Shown in pieces: positions 35,978 through 44,934 of a DNA stretch of 58,968 nt; position 1 is the stretch's first letter; each line of letters begins with the position of its first letter. The notes beneath the pieces were generated by a model, which was not told the DNA's origin, did not search any database, and was given only the letters and a program-made list of their open reading frames with translations. Origin of the DNA: a virus (taxonomy: Duplodnaviria; Caudoviricetes); the IMG/VR virus record IMGVR_UViG_3300044809_000038, positions 1 through 58,968 of that record; one strand, 5' to 3'. The position numbers and the translations under genes were made by a program.

Positions 35978-37527
35978 CAGTTGTCCGGCCGGTGCTCGAC
36001 CGGCGCCAGAGTGCGACCGATGGCCAGCAGGTGGCTCCGCAGCGTCATGCCCTGCACCTCAAGGGACAGCAGGCCTTCGCCGCTGGCCTGGCCGATGATG
36101 GCGTTCAGCTTGCCCAGGTCGGTACCAGGCGTGCGTGCCGCAGCCAGGGCGGCCGTGGCGCGCACCAGCTTCGGATCGGCCGGCTGCTCGACAACGGGCT
36201 GCGCCGGCTCGGCCAGCGGTAGGCCCGTGTCCCAGGGATCGGCCGGCTGATCGTGAGCACCCGCATCGTCGGGCGACGAACCCGGCTGCTCGACCTGGCG
36301 AGCGCCGAGCTGGTCGGCCAGCTGCTGCTGTGCGGCGGCGAACTGGTCCACCGGCGGCTGCGCTGTCGCGGCGTCGCGCGCCTGCTCGGCGACGCTGGGC
36401 CCTGTGTCCCCCGTCGGCGCCTGCGCGGGCGCGGTGGCCGGTGGCTGCTGGGTAGCAGCCGCGCGGCGTGCCTCGAACGCCTCACGGGCAGCGCGGGCCG
36501 CGTCGGTCTCGTTCGCCGACACCTTCACGTTCGGCTGCACCTCGTCGTCGCCCGGCCGCTCGGCATCCGGGTCGTCGTCGCCGTTGCCCAGGGCGAACGC
36601 CTGATCCAGCGCAGCCTTGAGCGCCATCGTCATCGCCTTGCGGGTGGCCTTGTCGGTCAGGTCTCGGCCTTCGCCGGCTGCCTCGAACTCGACCGTGCTG
36701 CCGTCGACCAGGCTGGTGAAGATGTAGCGCACGATCAGGTGACAGCTCGTCCACTCCTGGGCGCCATCCTTGATCGGCCGGTAGTGCTGCCGCATCTTCA
36801 GCACGCGGGATTGGATCATCACGCCGTGGCGGCGGAACTCGGCGCCCAGCTCGGCGATCATGTCGTCGTACTGGCGGTATTTGTACCGTTCGCCGCTCTG
36901 CATCTGACCGTGCTTGCCGATGCCCTCGACGGTGCGCATCGTCTCCCAGATCGCCGTGAGGATGTGTCGCGGCGACGGCGGGTAGACGCCAGGCCAAGGT
37001 CCGGCGCTGCCGCTCGGGATCGTCTGCGTCGTGCCGGTCTGATGACCCAGCACCTCGTCGACCGCGGTGCCGAGCGTCTCCAGCTCACGGTGGATCTTCG
37101 CGATATCGTCGGCCATGGAGGTCCCGCCGGCCGGCACCTGCTCCACCATGGTCAGCCGGTTGTGCAGACTGTTCAGCTCGGCGGGCACGTTGCCGACAGC
37201 CAGTACCAGGTCGGACAGCTCGGCGGTGGCCTCGGTCAGCGTGTTCAGCCGGTTGCCCAGATCCTGGTCGCGCTCGACGCCCTGCTGATCGAAAGCCGCC
37301 AGGGTCGAGGTGAGGTCACCGGCGATGGCGTCGACCTTGCGGTGCAGATCGCCCTTGATGCCCTCCAGCTTGGTGTCGATGCGCTTCTCGACGACGGCAA
37401 TGGCGGGTCCGAACATGCTGGCCTTCTCGGCGACCGGCTCGGCGTCGGGCAGCTGCACGTCGACCACCTTCGGCGGCTCGGGCTGCGCAGCTTCGGCCTG
37501 GTCAGCCGCGCGGGGACGTGGGGGCAT
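35977..37527 (-). CDS. ERF-family ssDNA annealing protein with long N- and C-terminal extensions
   Basis: YKYRQYDD...GEGRDLTDKATRKAMTMALK...DDPDA. Confidence 0.85.
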   Translation of the reverse strand: MPPRPRAADQAEAAQPEPPKVVDVQLPDAEPVAEKASMFGPAIAVVEKRIDTKLEGIKGDLHRKVDAIAGDLTSTLAAFDQQGVERDQDLGNRLNTLTEATAELSDLVLAVGNVPAELNSLHNRLTMVEQVPAGGTSMADDIAKIHRELETLGTAVDEVLGHQTGTTQTIPSGSAGPWPGVYPPSPRHILTAIWETMRTVEGIGKHGQMQSGERYKYRQYDDMIAELGAEFRRHGVMIQSRVLKMRQHYRPIKDGAQEWTSCHLIVRYIFTSLVDGSTVEFEAAGEGRDLTDKATRKAMTMALKAALDQAFALGNGDDDPDAERPGDDEVQPNVKVSANETDAARAAREAFEARRAAATQQPPATAPAQAPTGDTGPSVAEQARDAATAQPPVDQFAAAQQQLADQLGARQVEQPGSSPDDAGAHDQPADPWDTGLPLAEPAQPVVEQPADPKLVRATAALAAARTPGTDLGKLNAIIGQASGEGLLSLEVQGMTLRSHLLAIGRTLAPVEHRPDN

Positions 37528-37879
37528 CGGTGTCTCCTAGGGTGTATGTCCCATATCGGGCGTAGTTTTCGAGGCCAGCCTCCAGGGCCGAGGCGACACT
37601 CCTGCCGCTGGCCCTGATCCGGTCGCGGGCGACCCGGTAGCTGGACTCGGGAATGGTGAGCCGAACGCGGTGACGCTTGGCGTTGGTGGGACGCCGAGCC
37701 GGATGGGCTACCGTGGCCCCGTTGGGCTTCTGGGCCTGCATCGATGCTCGCCAGATCACTTCGCGTGCGACGGCCGACAGCGGTTGGCCTGCCCGCTTGG
37801 CGCGGATGAGCGCGGCGGCGTAGACCTGTTCGAGTACGTAGATCTCCACTGTCTTGATCGGTCCTCGTGCTCCGGTCAC
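37502..37879 (-). CDS. Tandem ribbon-helix-helix DNA-binding protein
   Basis: TVEIYV...GQPLSAVAREVI and RVRLTIP...GRSVASALEAGL. Confidence 0.65.
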   Translation of the reverse strand: MTGARGPIKTVEIYVLEQVYAAALIRAKRAGQPLSAVAREVIWRASMQAQKPNGATVAHPARRPTNAKRHRVRLTIPESSYRVARDRIRASGRSVASALEAGLENYARYGTYTLGDTDAPTSPRG

Positions 37880-37907
37880 GGTCTCCTCCTCTCGGGTGTG
37901 TTCACCG

Positions 37908-37940
37908 TGCTAATATACACCCCGGTCAGGGGTGTGTCGA
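37908..37940. promoter_or_regulatory. Overlapping divergent promoters: minus TCGACA-17-TATATT with palindrome; plus TGcTAATAT extended -10
   Basis: CACCCCggtcaGGGGTG at 37918-37934. Confidence 0.7.
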
Positions 37941-37951
37941 CGGGAGTCCAC

Positions 37952-38371
37952 GTGAACGAGAAGCAGGCACGCGAGATCGTCTACGAGAGGTCAGAAGGAT
38001 GGTGCGAGGTCGCGGTGAACGGCTTCTGTCTCGGCCGCGCCGGCAACTGGCACCATCGGGGCACCGTCGGACGTATCTGGACGCCGGCCAACGGCCTGCA
38101 TCTGTGCGGCTCGGGCACGACCGGCTGCCACGGCTGGATCACGGAGCATCCGAAGATCTCGCTGGCCATGGGCTGGTCGGTCAGCAGCTTCACCGATCTA
38201 GACGCCGTGCACCTCGTGCCGGTCGTCGTGCGACCAGGTCGGCGGCTGCTGCATCCGCACGAGCCGCGCTATCTACGGCTCCCGGCGCGGCGAGTCCGGC
38301 CGCAGGTCACCACTCCGCGGCCGGACTCTGGGACCGATGCCGACCCCGCGAAAGGGTCGGTCTCAGGTTAG
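37952..38371 (+). CDS. HNH endonuclease
   Basis: WHHR...NGLHLCGSGTTGCHGWI; RBS GGGAG; the only convincing plus-strand gene. Confidence 0.85.
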   Translation: MNEKQAREIVYERSEGWCEVAVNGFCLGRAGNWHHRGTVGRIWTPANGLHLCGSGTTGCHGWITEHPKISLAMGWSVSSFTDLDAVHLVPVVVRPGRRLLHPHEPRYLRLPARRVRPQVTTPRPDSGTDADPAKGSVSG

Positions 38372-38667
38372 CCGACCTTGGCCGGCTCGGGCGTCGGATA
38401 GCTCGGCGCCGTGTTCGCGCCGAGCACCAGCCGGGTGAACCAGGGCGGTAGCTTGCCCTCGATCCAGTGCCACACCGCGTACCAGGCCGCGACCGCCGCA
38501 CTCATGACCAGCCACTGGCCAACGCCCATTACGGCCGGCGACAGGTGCAGGCCCAGCGATGTCAGCCAACCCAGCGCGGCACCCCAGGCCGACGGAACCG
38601 CGGTCCGCAGCAGGGCTACGCCGTAGGCGAACACCCTGTCGGAATGGCCAGCTTCGGTTGCGTGCAC
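38368..38667 (-). CDS. Holin-like membrane protein
   Basis: LLRTAVPSAWG...two TMs...RLVLGANTAPSY. Confidence 0.65.
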   Translation of the reverse strand: MHATEAGHSDRVFAYGVALLRTAVPSAWGAALGWLTSLGLHLSPAVMGVGQWLVMSAAVAAWYAVWHWIEGKLPPWFTRLVLGANTAPSYPTPEPAKVG

Positions 38668-38676
38668 GTCGACAGC

Positions 38677-39546
38677 CTACGTGCAGGTGTAGGTCGCGGC
38701 GTTGTCCGGCGAACCGGCATCCCGCGTGCAGGTGTGCGGCATCCCCAGCGCATCGGTGAACGTCCAGCCCGCGACGGGCGGCCCGGCCGGGCCGGCGACA
38801 CCGCTCGGTCCCGCTGGGCCGGTTGGGCCCGGTTCGCCGGTCGGGCCACCCGCTCCACCCGGACCGGTCGGGCCGGCGCATTCGGCGTGCACGGCACAGT
38901 AGTCAGCCACTGCTGACGCCACCTGCGCGCTGGTCGCGTTCTGGCCGGCGGGACCGAGACATCCGCCGTTGGCCTGGCAGTAGTTCACCACTGCCGCAGC
39001 CACCTCGGCCGTCGTCGGTGGACGGCCGGGCGTCGGCGGGTTCAGGTCCAGGAACGCAGCCACGGCGGTCGCAACCTGCTCAGCAGTAGCGTTCTGGCCT
39101 GGCGCTGGCGGGTGCACGGCCAGGTAGGCATTGACGGCCGTGTCGATCTGCCCCTGACTCGGCCCAGGGCCGGGCGGCCCGGAAGCACCCGGCGGCCCGG
39201 ACACTACGACCTGCTGAACCTTGCTGGCCTGAGCGCACGCGCCCGCCGACGACAGCTGCGCCGCAGCCGCCCCTCCCTCGCCGCACACCGCCTGCACCTG
39301 GCCGGCCAGCGGCGCGGCCTGGCTCTTGACGGCGGCCAGGCCGCTGTTTGCCGTGTCGGCGCTGGTCTGGCTGGCGTTCGCGTGCGACGTCATCAGGATG
39401 GACAGGGGGATCAGCGCGGCCACGGTGAGCGCGCCCAGCGCCAGCAGCAGCCACGCGGGAATGCTCCGTACAACGGTGGCCGCGCGACCGGTCGGCGGCA
39501 CCGGCGGCTGAAACGCCTCGGTCGGTACTTCGTGCTGGCCGGTCAT
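38677..39546 (-). CDS. Membrane-anchored collagen-like protein
   Basis: TM helix, GPx repeats, repeated QVAxAVxxYC. Confidence 0.75.
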   Translation of the reverse strand: MTGQHEVPTEAFQPPVPPTGRAATVVRSIPAWLLLALGALTVAALIPLSILMTSHANASQTSADTANSGLAAVKSQAAPLAGQVQAVCGEGGAAAAQLSSAGACAQASKVQQVVVSGPPGASGPPGPGPSQGQIDTAVNAYLAVHPPAPGQNATAEQVATAVAAFLDLNPPTPGRPPTTAEVAAAVVNYCQANGGCLGPAGQNATSAQVASAVADYCAVHAECAGPTGPGGAGGPTGEPGPTGPAGPSGVAGPAGPPVAGWTFTDALGMPHTCTRDAGSPDNAATYTCT

Positions 39547-39881
39547 CAGTGCGTACCTCCCGTCGAGCCACCGGGCGGGACCAGGCCACTGGCGAGTTGT
39601 GCGAGCTGGGCCAGTTCGGGGTTCCCCTCGCCCTCGGCCTTGCCTGCAAGGTACTCGGGAGTCATCTCTTTCGGCACGGTTGGCAGATCCCAGCCGTGCA
39701 CCGCCGCCAGCACCTGCACCTGATAGGCCCAACGCAGCGCGGCCACATTCGTAGCTCGGACAGCCCGCAGGTCGCGCGCCTCGTTGCTGGTACGTCGAGA
39801 CCGGAACGACAGCAATGCCAAGATCACGAACAGTAGCGCCGATAGGCCACTGACCAGCGCACCAGTCGTGTTGGCATTCAC
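39546..39881 (-). CDS. Membrane protein (lysis cassette)
   Basis: N-terminal TM; coupled. Confidence 0.6.
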   Translation of the reverse strand: MNANTTGALVSGLSALLFVILALLSFRSRRTSNEARDLRAVRATNVAALRWAYQVQVLAAVHGWDLPTVPKEMTPEYLAGKAEGEGNPELAQLAQLASGLVPPGGSTGGTH

Positions 39882-40282
39882 TGTCTTGCCTCCCGGCCCG
39901 CACCCTCATTGTAGCTGGCGGCCAGGATCACATGGATAGCGACCAGAACCGTGGTTACTGTCGGGTAAAACACCGTACCGTGCGGCTTGTCCGCGAGAGC
40001 GCCGATCCACAATGCCACCGCGTACACCACCCAGACTCCAGCGCAGGCTAAATGTCCGTAGTGCACGCCTCGGCGACGCACCAGGGCAACGCTCAGAATC
40101 AGCGATGTGATACCGAACGCCAACACCCATAGCGGACCAAGGTCCTGGATGTAGGCCACGATCCTGGTCGTGCTGCGCCCTAGTCGCGACGCATACACCA
40201 AGCCCGGCACCGCGTGCAACGCCATAGCCGCGACCTGAAGGCTCAGCAACGTAAGCGACGCTTGGAGCCGATGGCGCGACAC
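39878..40282 (-). CDS. Four-TM membrane protein (lysis cassette)
   Basis: Four hydrophobic segments; follows the tail genes. Confidence 0.65.
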   Translation of the reverse strand: MSRHRLQASLTLLSLQVAAMALHAVPGLVYASRLGRSTTRIVAYIQDLGPLWVLAFGITSLILSVALVRRRGVHYGHLACAGVWVVYAVALWIGALADKPHGTVFYPTVTTVLVAIHVILAASYNEGAGREARQ

Positions 40283-40287
40283 CGCGA

Positions 40288-41151
40288 TCAGAACCCTTCA
40301 AGCTGTCTATTCGTCCACAATGTGACGTTATGAAAGTAGACCGGCCAGAGCTGGAAGCAATTCGAGCTACCGCCGGTCATCCAGGCATTCAGGTTGACGT
40401 TCATGAAGTCGCTGGCCAGGTTCGGCATCCACGACGCGCCCAGGTCGAGCGTCGTATTGACGAAGGCGCCAGCAGTCGCCGTCGAGTTGGCGCTGGTAAC
40501 GGTGTTCGCCCCGATTGACACGCTGATGTTCCAGGTGATCTGGAAACCGGCGTTCGGGCCGGCCGTGAACAGTGGCAGGCTCACGTTCGCGAAACCGGCC
40601 TGCGCCTGGACCGGCCACAGCGGGTAGCCGCCGACCTGGAACATGAAATCGACGTGCCGGCCGACGACCTGGGACCGGCCGAACAGGGTCGTGCCGACAG
40701 TCGTGTTCGTGTTGATCGCGTTGACCTGGCCCATGACGATGGGCAGCCGAGGCCAGCCCCAGCCGCCCGACTCGCCCTCGCGCCACATCGTCCGGCCGTC
40801 GGCGTCCTGGAAGCCGAACTTCTGGCGCAGCGGACCGCCCAGGTACGGGTCCCAGTCGTACATGGCGAACGTGCTCATGTGCTTCGGGTCGTCGCGAACC
40901 AGGCTGAACGCCCTCTGTGGCAACGCGTTACCCGAGGCGTCGAGCTGGTTCGGGTCCGCCGGGTTGAACTCGCCGATCCACAGGAACATGCCGCCGTACC
41001 GGCCCACCCACTGCATCAGGCCGGCGTTGGTGATGGCGTTCGTCAGCGGGTTGCTGGTGAGGATGCCGCGGGCGATCCGCTGCGTCTCGGCCACGGTCTG
41101 GAGAATGCTGGGCGGCGCCGGCAGGAACGTCGGCAGGCCGATGTCAGCCAC
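40288..41151 (-). CDS. Minor tail protein
   Basis: Position; beta-rich. Confidence 0.65.
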   Translation of the reverse strand: MADIGLPTFLPAPPSILQTVAETQRIARGILTSNPLTNAITNAGLMQWVGRYGGMFLWIGEFNPADPNQLDASGNALPQRAFSLVRDDPKHMSTFAMYDWDPYLGGPLRQKFGFQDADGRTMWREGESGGWGWPRLPIVMGQVNAINTNTTVGTTLFGRSQVVGRHVDFMFQVGGYPLWPVQAQAGFANVSLPLFTAGPNAGFQITWNISVSIGANTVTSANSTATAGAFVNTTLDLGASWMPNLASDFMNVNLNAWMTGGSSNCFQLWPVYFHNVTLWTNRQLEGF

Positions 41152-42901
41152 CGAGGTTCCCTCCGTTCGCCAGGATCGACACGAGCTCGCTCTTGCCGCC
41201 CTCGGGCGGCGTGACGACGTAACCGGTGACCCGCGTCAGCACGCTGATCTGCCGAGCGCCGGGCGTCTGGTCGGGCCAGATCCAGTCGTCCATCGTGACC
41301 AGGATGTCGTCGCCGATGCTGTAGGTGTCGAGCGTGGGCGGCAGGTCGCCGCGCACCGTGAGGCCCGAGAAGAACCGTTCGTTTTCCAGCTCGGTGACGA
41401 TCAGGGCGTCGCTGTAGGCCTGGAGCGTGGCCTGCACGCTGACGTTCGGGTCACTGCACTGGCCCTCCGTTTGCAGGAAGCCGTTCGTCCAGTCGAGGCT
41501 GTTCGTGCTCAGGCTCTGGACCTGGCTGGACTGGTAGCCCTGGCCGGCGCCCCACACGATGTTCGCGACGTTCGTGCCGTCGTAGCTCACGCCGTAGCTG
41601 ATGACGTTGCCGGTGCCGTCGATGCGGGACTGGAAGTTCTGGAGCGGCTGCCCCAGGGCTGCCTGGGCGCCGCACCGCGGGTAGCCCAGGATGAACTGGA
41701 GCCGGTACACGGAGGCGTCGAGCGGGTTCCCGCCGGTCAGCACCCGCAGTGTCGTGTACCACTCGTAGCCGTTGATGACGGTCGAGCGGTCGACGTGCGC
41801 CGTGAGCAGGTTGACCTGCGCATTCAGGGTGTAGGACAAGTCGCGCAGCACGTTGGTCGGCACGGTCGGCGGGTCCACCGTGATCCAGCCCGGAAAGGTG
41901 CCGGTGTTGACCGGGATCTGGGACCACTTCGCCGGATTCAGCAGGTCGGCAGCGATGGCCTGCTGGTCGGCCTGGTGCCACTGCGGCGCAGTGGACACGA
42001 TGGCGTTCGTCGACAGCACCGCCGTGGTGATGAAGCCGGTCGCCGTGGCGGTGGTCGTCGAGGTCACGCTGGCGAAGTCGCTGGCGTTGCCGGTGAGTGT
42101 GCTGGCATTGAGCGCCGACCAGCCGGACAGGTCCGCGCCCAGGAAGTTGAAGTTGGAAATGAAGTTCGTAGTCGTTGCGGCCGGCCCGAAGAACACATTC
42201 GTGATCGAGACGACGGCGCCGATCGGCATCGCGTTGACGTAGATCGATACGCGTACGCCCGTGGCGCCGGCCGGCGCGGTGTGCGTGGTGGAGATCGTCA
42301 CGGCACCGGTGGGTATCGCACCGGGACTCTGGATCGTCGGAGGCAGCGGGGTTGTGCCGGCGAACCAGTCGCACTGCATCTGCGGCGTGAAGGTGGCCGT
42401 GCCGTTGTAGGTCGAGCTGAAGGTGTACGACGCGCCCGGCGTGATCTTGACCCTGATCGCCACCGTCCCGGTGATCAGGCGCTTCGCCCAGGCCGATTCG
42501 ACCGTGTTCGCGGTGATGGACATGCGGCCCGTGGTCGGATCGGTCGGCGCCGCCCACACGATGTAGTGCGCCATGGCCTTGCTGGTCTGGGCGCCGGTCG
42601 TCGGGTCCGTTACGGTCCTGATAACCACGATGCCCGTTTTTCGGGGTATCACACAAGCCCAGGGGTTCATCGCCCGCACGCCCGCGTCCGCCAGCTGGAG
42701 CGACGCCGTGAGCTGTCCTACGCCGCGCAGGCCCAGGCTGTACTGGACGCCCGACAGCAGCAGCGGCGTCTGCGCGATGACGGTCGGGTCGCCGTTCTGG
42801 TAGCTCACCGGCCAGTAGGTGTAGGCCACCTGCTGCGGTTGCCGCAGCGTCGGGTCGACGACGACCGGCCGCGCCAGCGCCTTGCGGACGATGGTCGTCA
42901 T
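41144..42901 (-). CDS. Minor tail / baseplate hub protein with inserted beta-sandwich region
   Basis: LSGVQYSLGLRGVGQLTASL; YSIGDDI; Thr/Ala-rich insert. Confidence 0.75.
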   Translation of the reverse strand: MTTIVRKALARPVVVDPTLRQPQQVAYTYWPVSYQNGDPTVIAQTPLLLSGVQYSLGLRGVGQLTASLQLADAGVRAMNPWACVIPRKTGIVVIRTVTDPTTGAQTSKAMAHYIVWAAPTDPTTGRMSITANTVESAWAKRLITGTVAIRVKITPGASYTFSSTYNGTATFTPQMQCDWFAGTTPLPPTIQSPGAIPTGAVTISTTHTAPAGATGVRVSIYVNAMPIGAVVSITNVFFGPAATTTNFISNFNFLGADLSGWSALNASTLTGNASDFASVTSTTTATATGFITTAVLSTNAIVSTAPQWHQADQQAIAADLLNPAKWSQIPVNTGTFPGWITVDPPTVPTNVLRDLSYTLNAQVNLLTAHVDRSTVINGYEWYTTLRVLTGGNPLDASVYRLQFILGYPRCGAQAALGQPLQNFQSRIDGTGNVISYGVSYDGTNVANIVWGAGQGYQSSQVQSLSTNSLDWTNGFLQTEGQCSDPNVSVQATLQAYSDALIVTELENERFFSGLTVRGDLPPTLDTYSIGDDILVTMDDWIWPDQTPGARQISVLTRVTGYVVTPPEGGKSELVSILANGGNLGG

Positions 42902-44007
42902 GCCGGCATGATCTCGACGTCGAAGCGCCAGGTCCCGTCAGCGTTCAGCGCGCCCACGCTCAGGTTGCTGGCCGCGCCCGTGTGCACGATCAGGTTCACG
43001 GTGTGCGCACCGGTCCAGGTCGCGATGCTCGGTGTCATCGGCACGTTGAACTGGCCGAAGCTGGCAGTCGTGAAACCGATGTACGCGGCACCGACCAGGG
43101 CCGCCGAGCCGGCCGACGGCTGCGTCGAAGTGTCCACCGCGATCACGATCTGGTGGCTGAAGCTGGCCGCGACCAGGTTCGCGTCCACGTTGTGGACCAG
43201 GAAGCCGCCGCCGGCCCGGATGTAGTACGGGAAGCCCGGATCGGGGACGCTCACGCTGGCGACGACCTGCTGCGTGTTGGCGGCGATCGTGGCCGGCGAC
43301 GAGTTGCCGAAGGACGGAGTCGGCCGAGCCAGCCGGAAGGACTGCACGCCGTGCCAGAGAGCGTCCGCGCCGTAGGCCCCCAGCAGGTTCTGCGGCAGTC
43401 CGCCGGCGCCGGCCGTCAGGTGCGTACGGTATTCGCCGGTGAAGGCGCCCGCGTCGGCCAGCTGGAGCGCGTTGAGTATCGGCCCGATGCCGCCGGCCGC
43501 CGCCACCGTGCGCCGTACGTCTGTGACCGTGGGCGTGGTCGACAGAGCCGGGATGGACGCCTGGAGGATCGGCACGAAGCTCGCCGGCAGCGTCGGCACG
43601 GTGGGCGCGCCCGCGCTGTTCGTGCCCTGCACGATGACCAGGCTGCCCGTGTTGATCACGCCGCTGTAGAACGCGTCCTGCACCTGCACGCCGATCACGT
43701 CGATGCGGTTCTGGGTGCCCGAGCTCCCGGCGTGCGTCAGGTTCTGGTTGGCGGTGTTGATCGCCACGTATTCGCCCTGGTTGGCACCGAACGTGTTCTC
43801 CACGATGCCGGTGAACAGGCCGATGGTGGCGACGAAGCCGGCGTAGCTGAAGCTCGGCGCCCGGCCGGGCAGGAAGCCGCCGCGGGCCCCCTGGTTCAGG
43901 GTATCGACGAGGGAACGCTGCATCGACGCCGTCGTGACGGCGCGCCGCAGGTCGGCCGCCGCGTAGCTGGAGGCCTGCTCGAACGGTATCGGCGTGATGA
44001 CGGTCAT
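42898..44007 (-). CDS. Minor tail protein
   Basis: NRIDVIGVQVQD...PTVPTLP...VTDVR. Confidence 0.75.
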   Translation of the reverse strand: MTVITPIPFEQASSYAAADLRRAVTTASMQRSLVDTLNQGARGGFLPGRAPSFSYAGFVATIGLFTGIVENTFGANQGEYVAINTANQNLTHAGSSGTQNRIDVIGVQVQDAFYSGVINTGSLVIVQGTNSAGAPTVPTLPASFVPILQASIPALSTTPTVTDVRRTVAAAGGIGPILNALQLADAGAFTGEYRTHLTAGAGGLPQNLLGAYGADALWHGVQSFRLARPTPSFGNSSPATIAANTQQVVASVSVPDPGFPYYIRAGGGFLVHNVDANLVAASFSHQIVIAVDTSTQPSAGSAALVGAAYIGFTTASFGQFNVPMTPSIATWTGAHTVNLIVHTGAASNLSVGALNADGTWRFDVEIMPA

Positions 44008-44010
44008 CGG

Positions 44011-44934
44011 TCACTCCATCGTTGAACGCCAGGTCAGCGTCAGGTTGGCGGCAGCATTGAACGTACCGGTCGTGGCCCGCCAGCGGATCGCGTTCGCACC
44101 GGGCGCCAGGCCGAAGGGCACGCCGAGCAGGCGGTAGTTGCTGGGCGTGACGACGCCGGTCTGCGCGTCGATCGTCACCGTGACGCCCGAGGGCACCGTG
44201 GCGTTGATCAGGAAGCTCTGGCCCGTGGTGTCATCGCTGATGAACGGCATCGGGATCGGCCCAGTAACGGCGAAGATCGGGTAGGCGGGGATGTTGCCCT
44301 GGTTGTTGGCGATGCCGGCGCCGCCGGGGTTCGTGGTGGCGCCGAAGTTGAACGGGAACGTGATCGGGAAGGTGAAGCCCGAGACGACGTCGACCGGCAT
44401 CGCCAGACTGAGCGACTCGGCCACGCCGCCCGAGACGAACCGCCAGGGCGTGCCCGCAATGAGGCTGAAGTGGATGACGCACGCCTCGCCGCCGGCTGCC
44501 CGGCCGAAGGGTGACCCGACGTCGAACAGGCCGCCAGGGGAGCACTGAGCCCCCAGGAGCAGGCCCGTGCCGGGGTCGAACGCCTCGAATATCGTGACCT
44601 TGCGCGGTCCGATCAGCGCCCGCAGGGCCGCGACCTTGAGCCGCAGCTGCTGCGCCGACGAGCCGATGATCATCGCCGAGAAGTCCAGCTGCTTCGGTCC
44701 GACGCTCGACGGACCGATCAGGCCGCCGTCGTGGCCGCCGACCGTGTCGATGGGCGTGATGAACTGGAGGCTCTCCCAGCCGACGGGCTCGGCACAGATC
44801 GTCACGTTGCCGAGCGCGTCCGTCGCGTTCCAGATGAAGTCGCCCGGCTGCGGGACGAAGCTCGACCCCATGCGGTACTGCTGCTGCGCCGGGATCACCG
44901 GCAGCTGGTAGTACGGGTTGAGGGCGGTCGTCAT
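44011..44934 (-). CDS. Distal tail protein (Dit-like)
   Basis: NQGNIPAYPIFAVTGP, LAPGANAI; follows the tape measure. Confidence 0.75.
   Translation of the reverse strand: MTTALNPYYQLPVIPAQQQYRMGSSFVPQPGDFIWNATDALGNVTICAEPVGWESLQFITPIDTVGGHDGGLIGPSSVGPKQLDFSAMIIGSSAQQLRLKVAALRALIGPRKVTIFEAFDPGTGLLLGAQCSPGGLFDVGSPFGRAAGGEACVIHFSLIAGTPWRFVSGGVAESLSLAMPVDVVSGFTFPITFPFNFGATTNPGGAGIANNQGNIPAYPIFAVTGPIPMPFISDDTTGQSFLINATVPSGVTVTIDAQTGVVTPSNYRLLGVPFGLAPGANAIRWRATTGTFNAAANLTLTWRSTME

Noticed and set aside
40643-43225. Long plus-strand ORFs (860 aa here; also 17386..19386, 45102..46619, 5566..7017)
   Set aside because: Antisense shadows of real minus-strand genes in GC-rich DNA; no motifs or RBS
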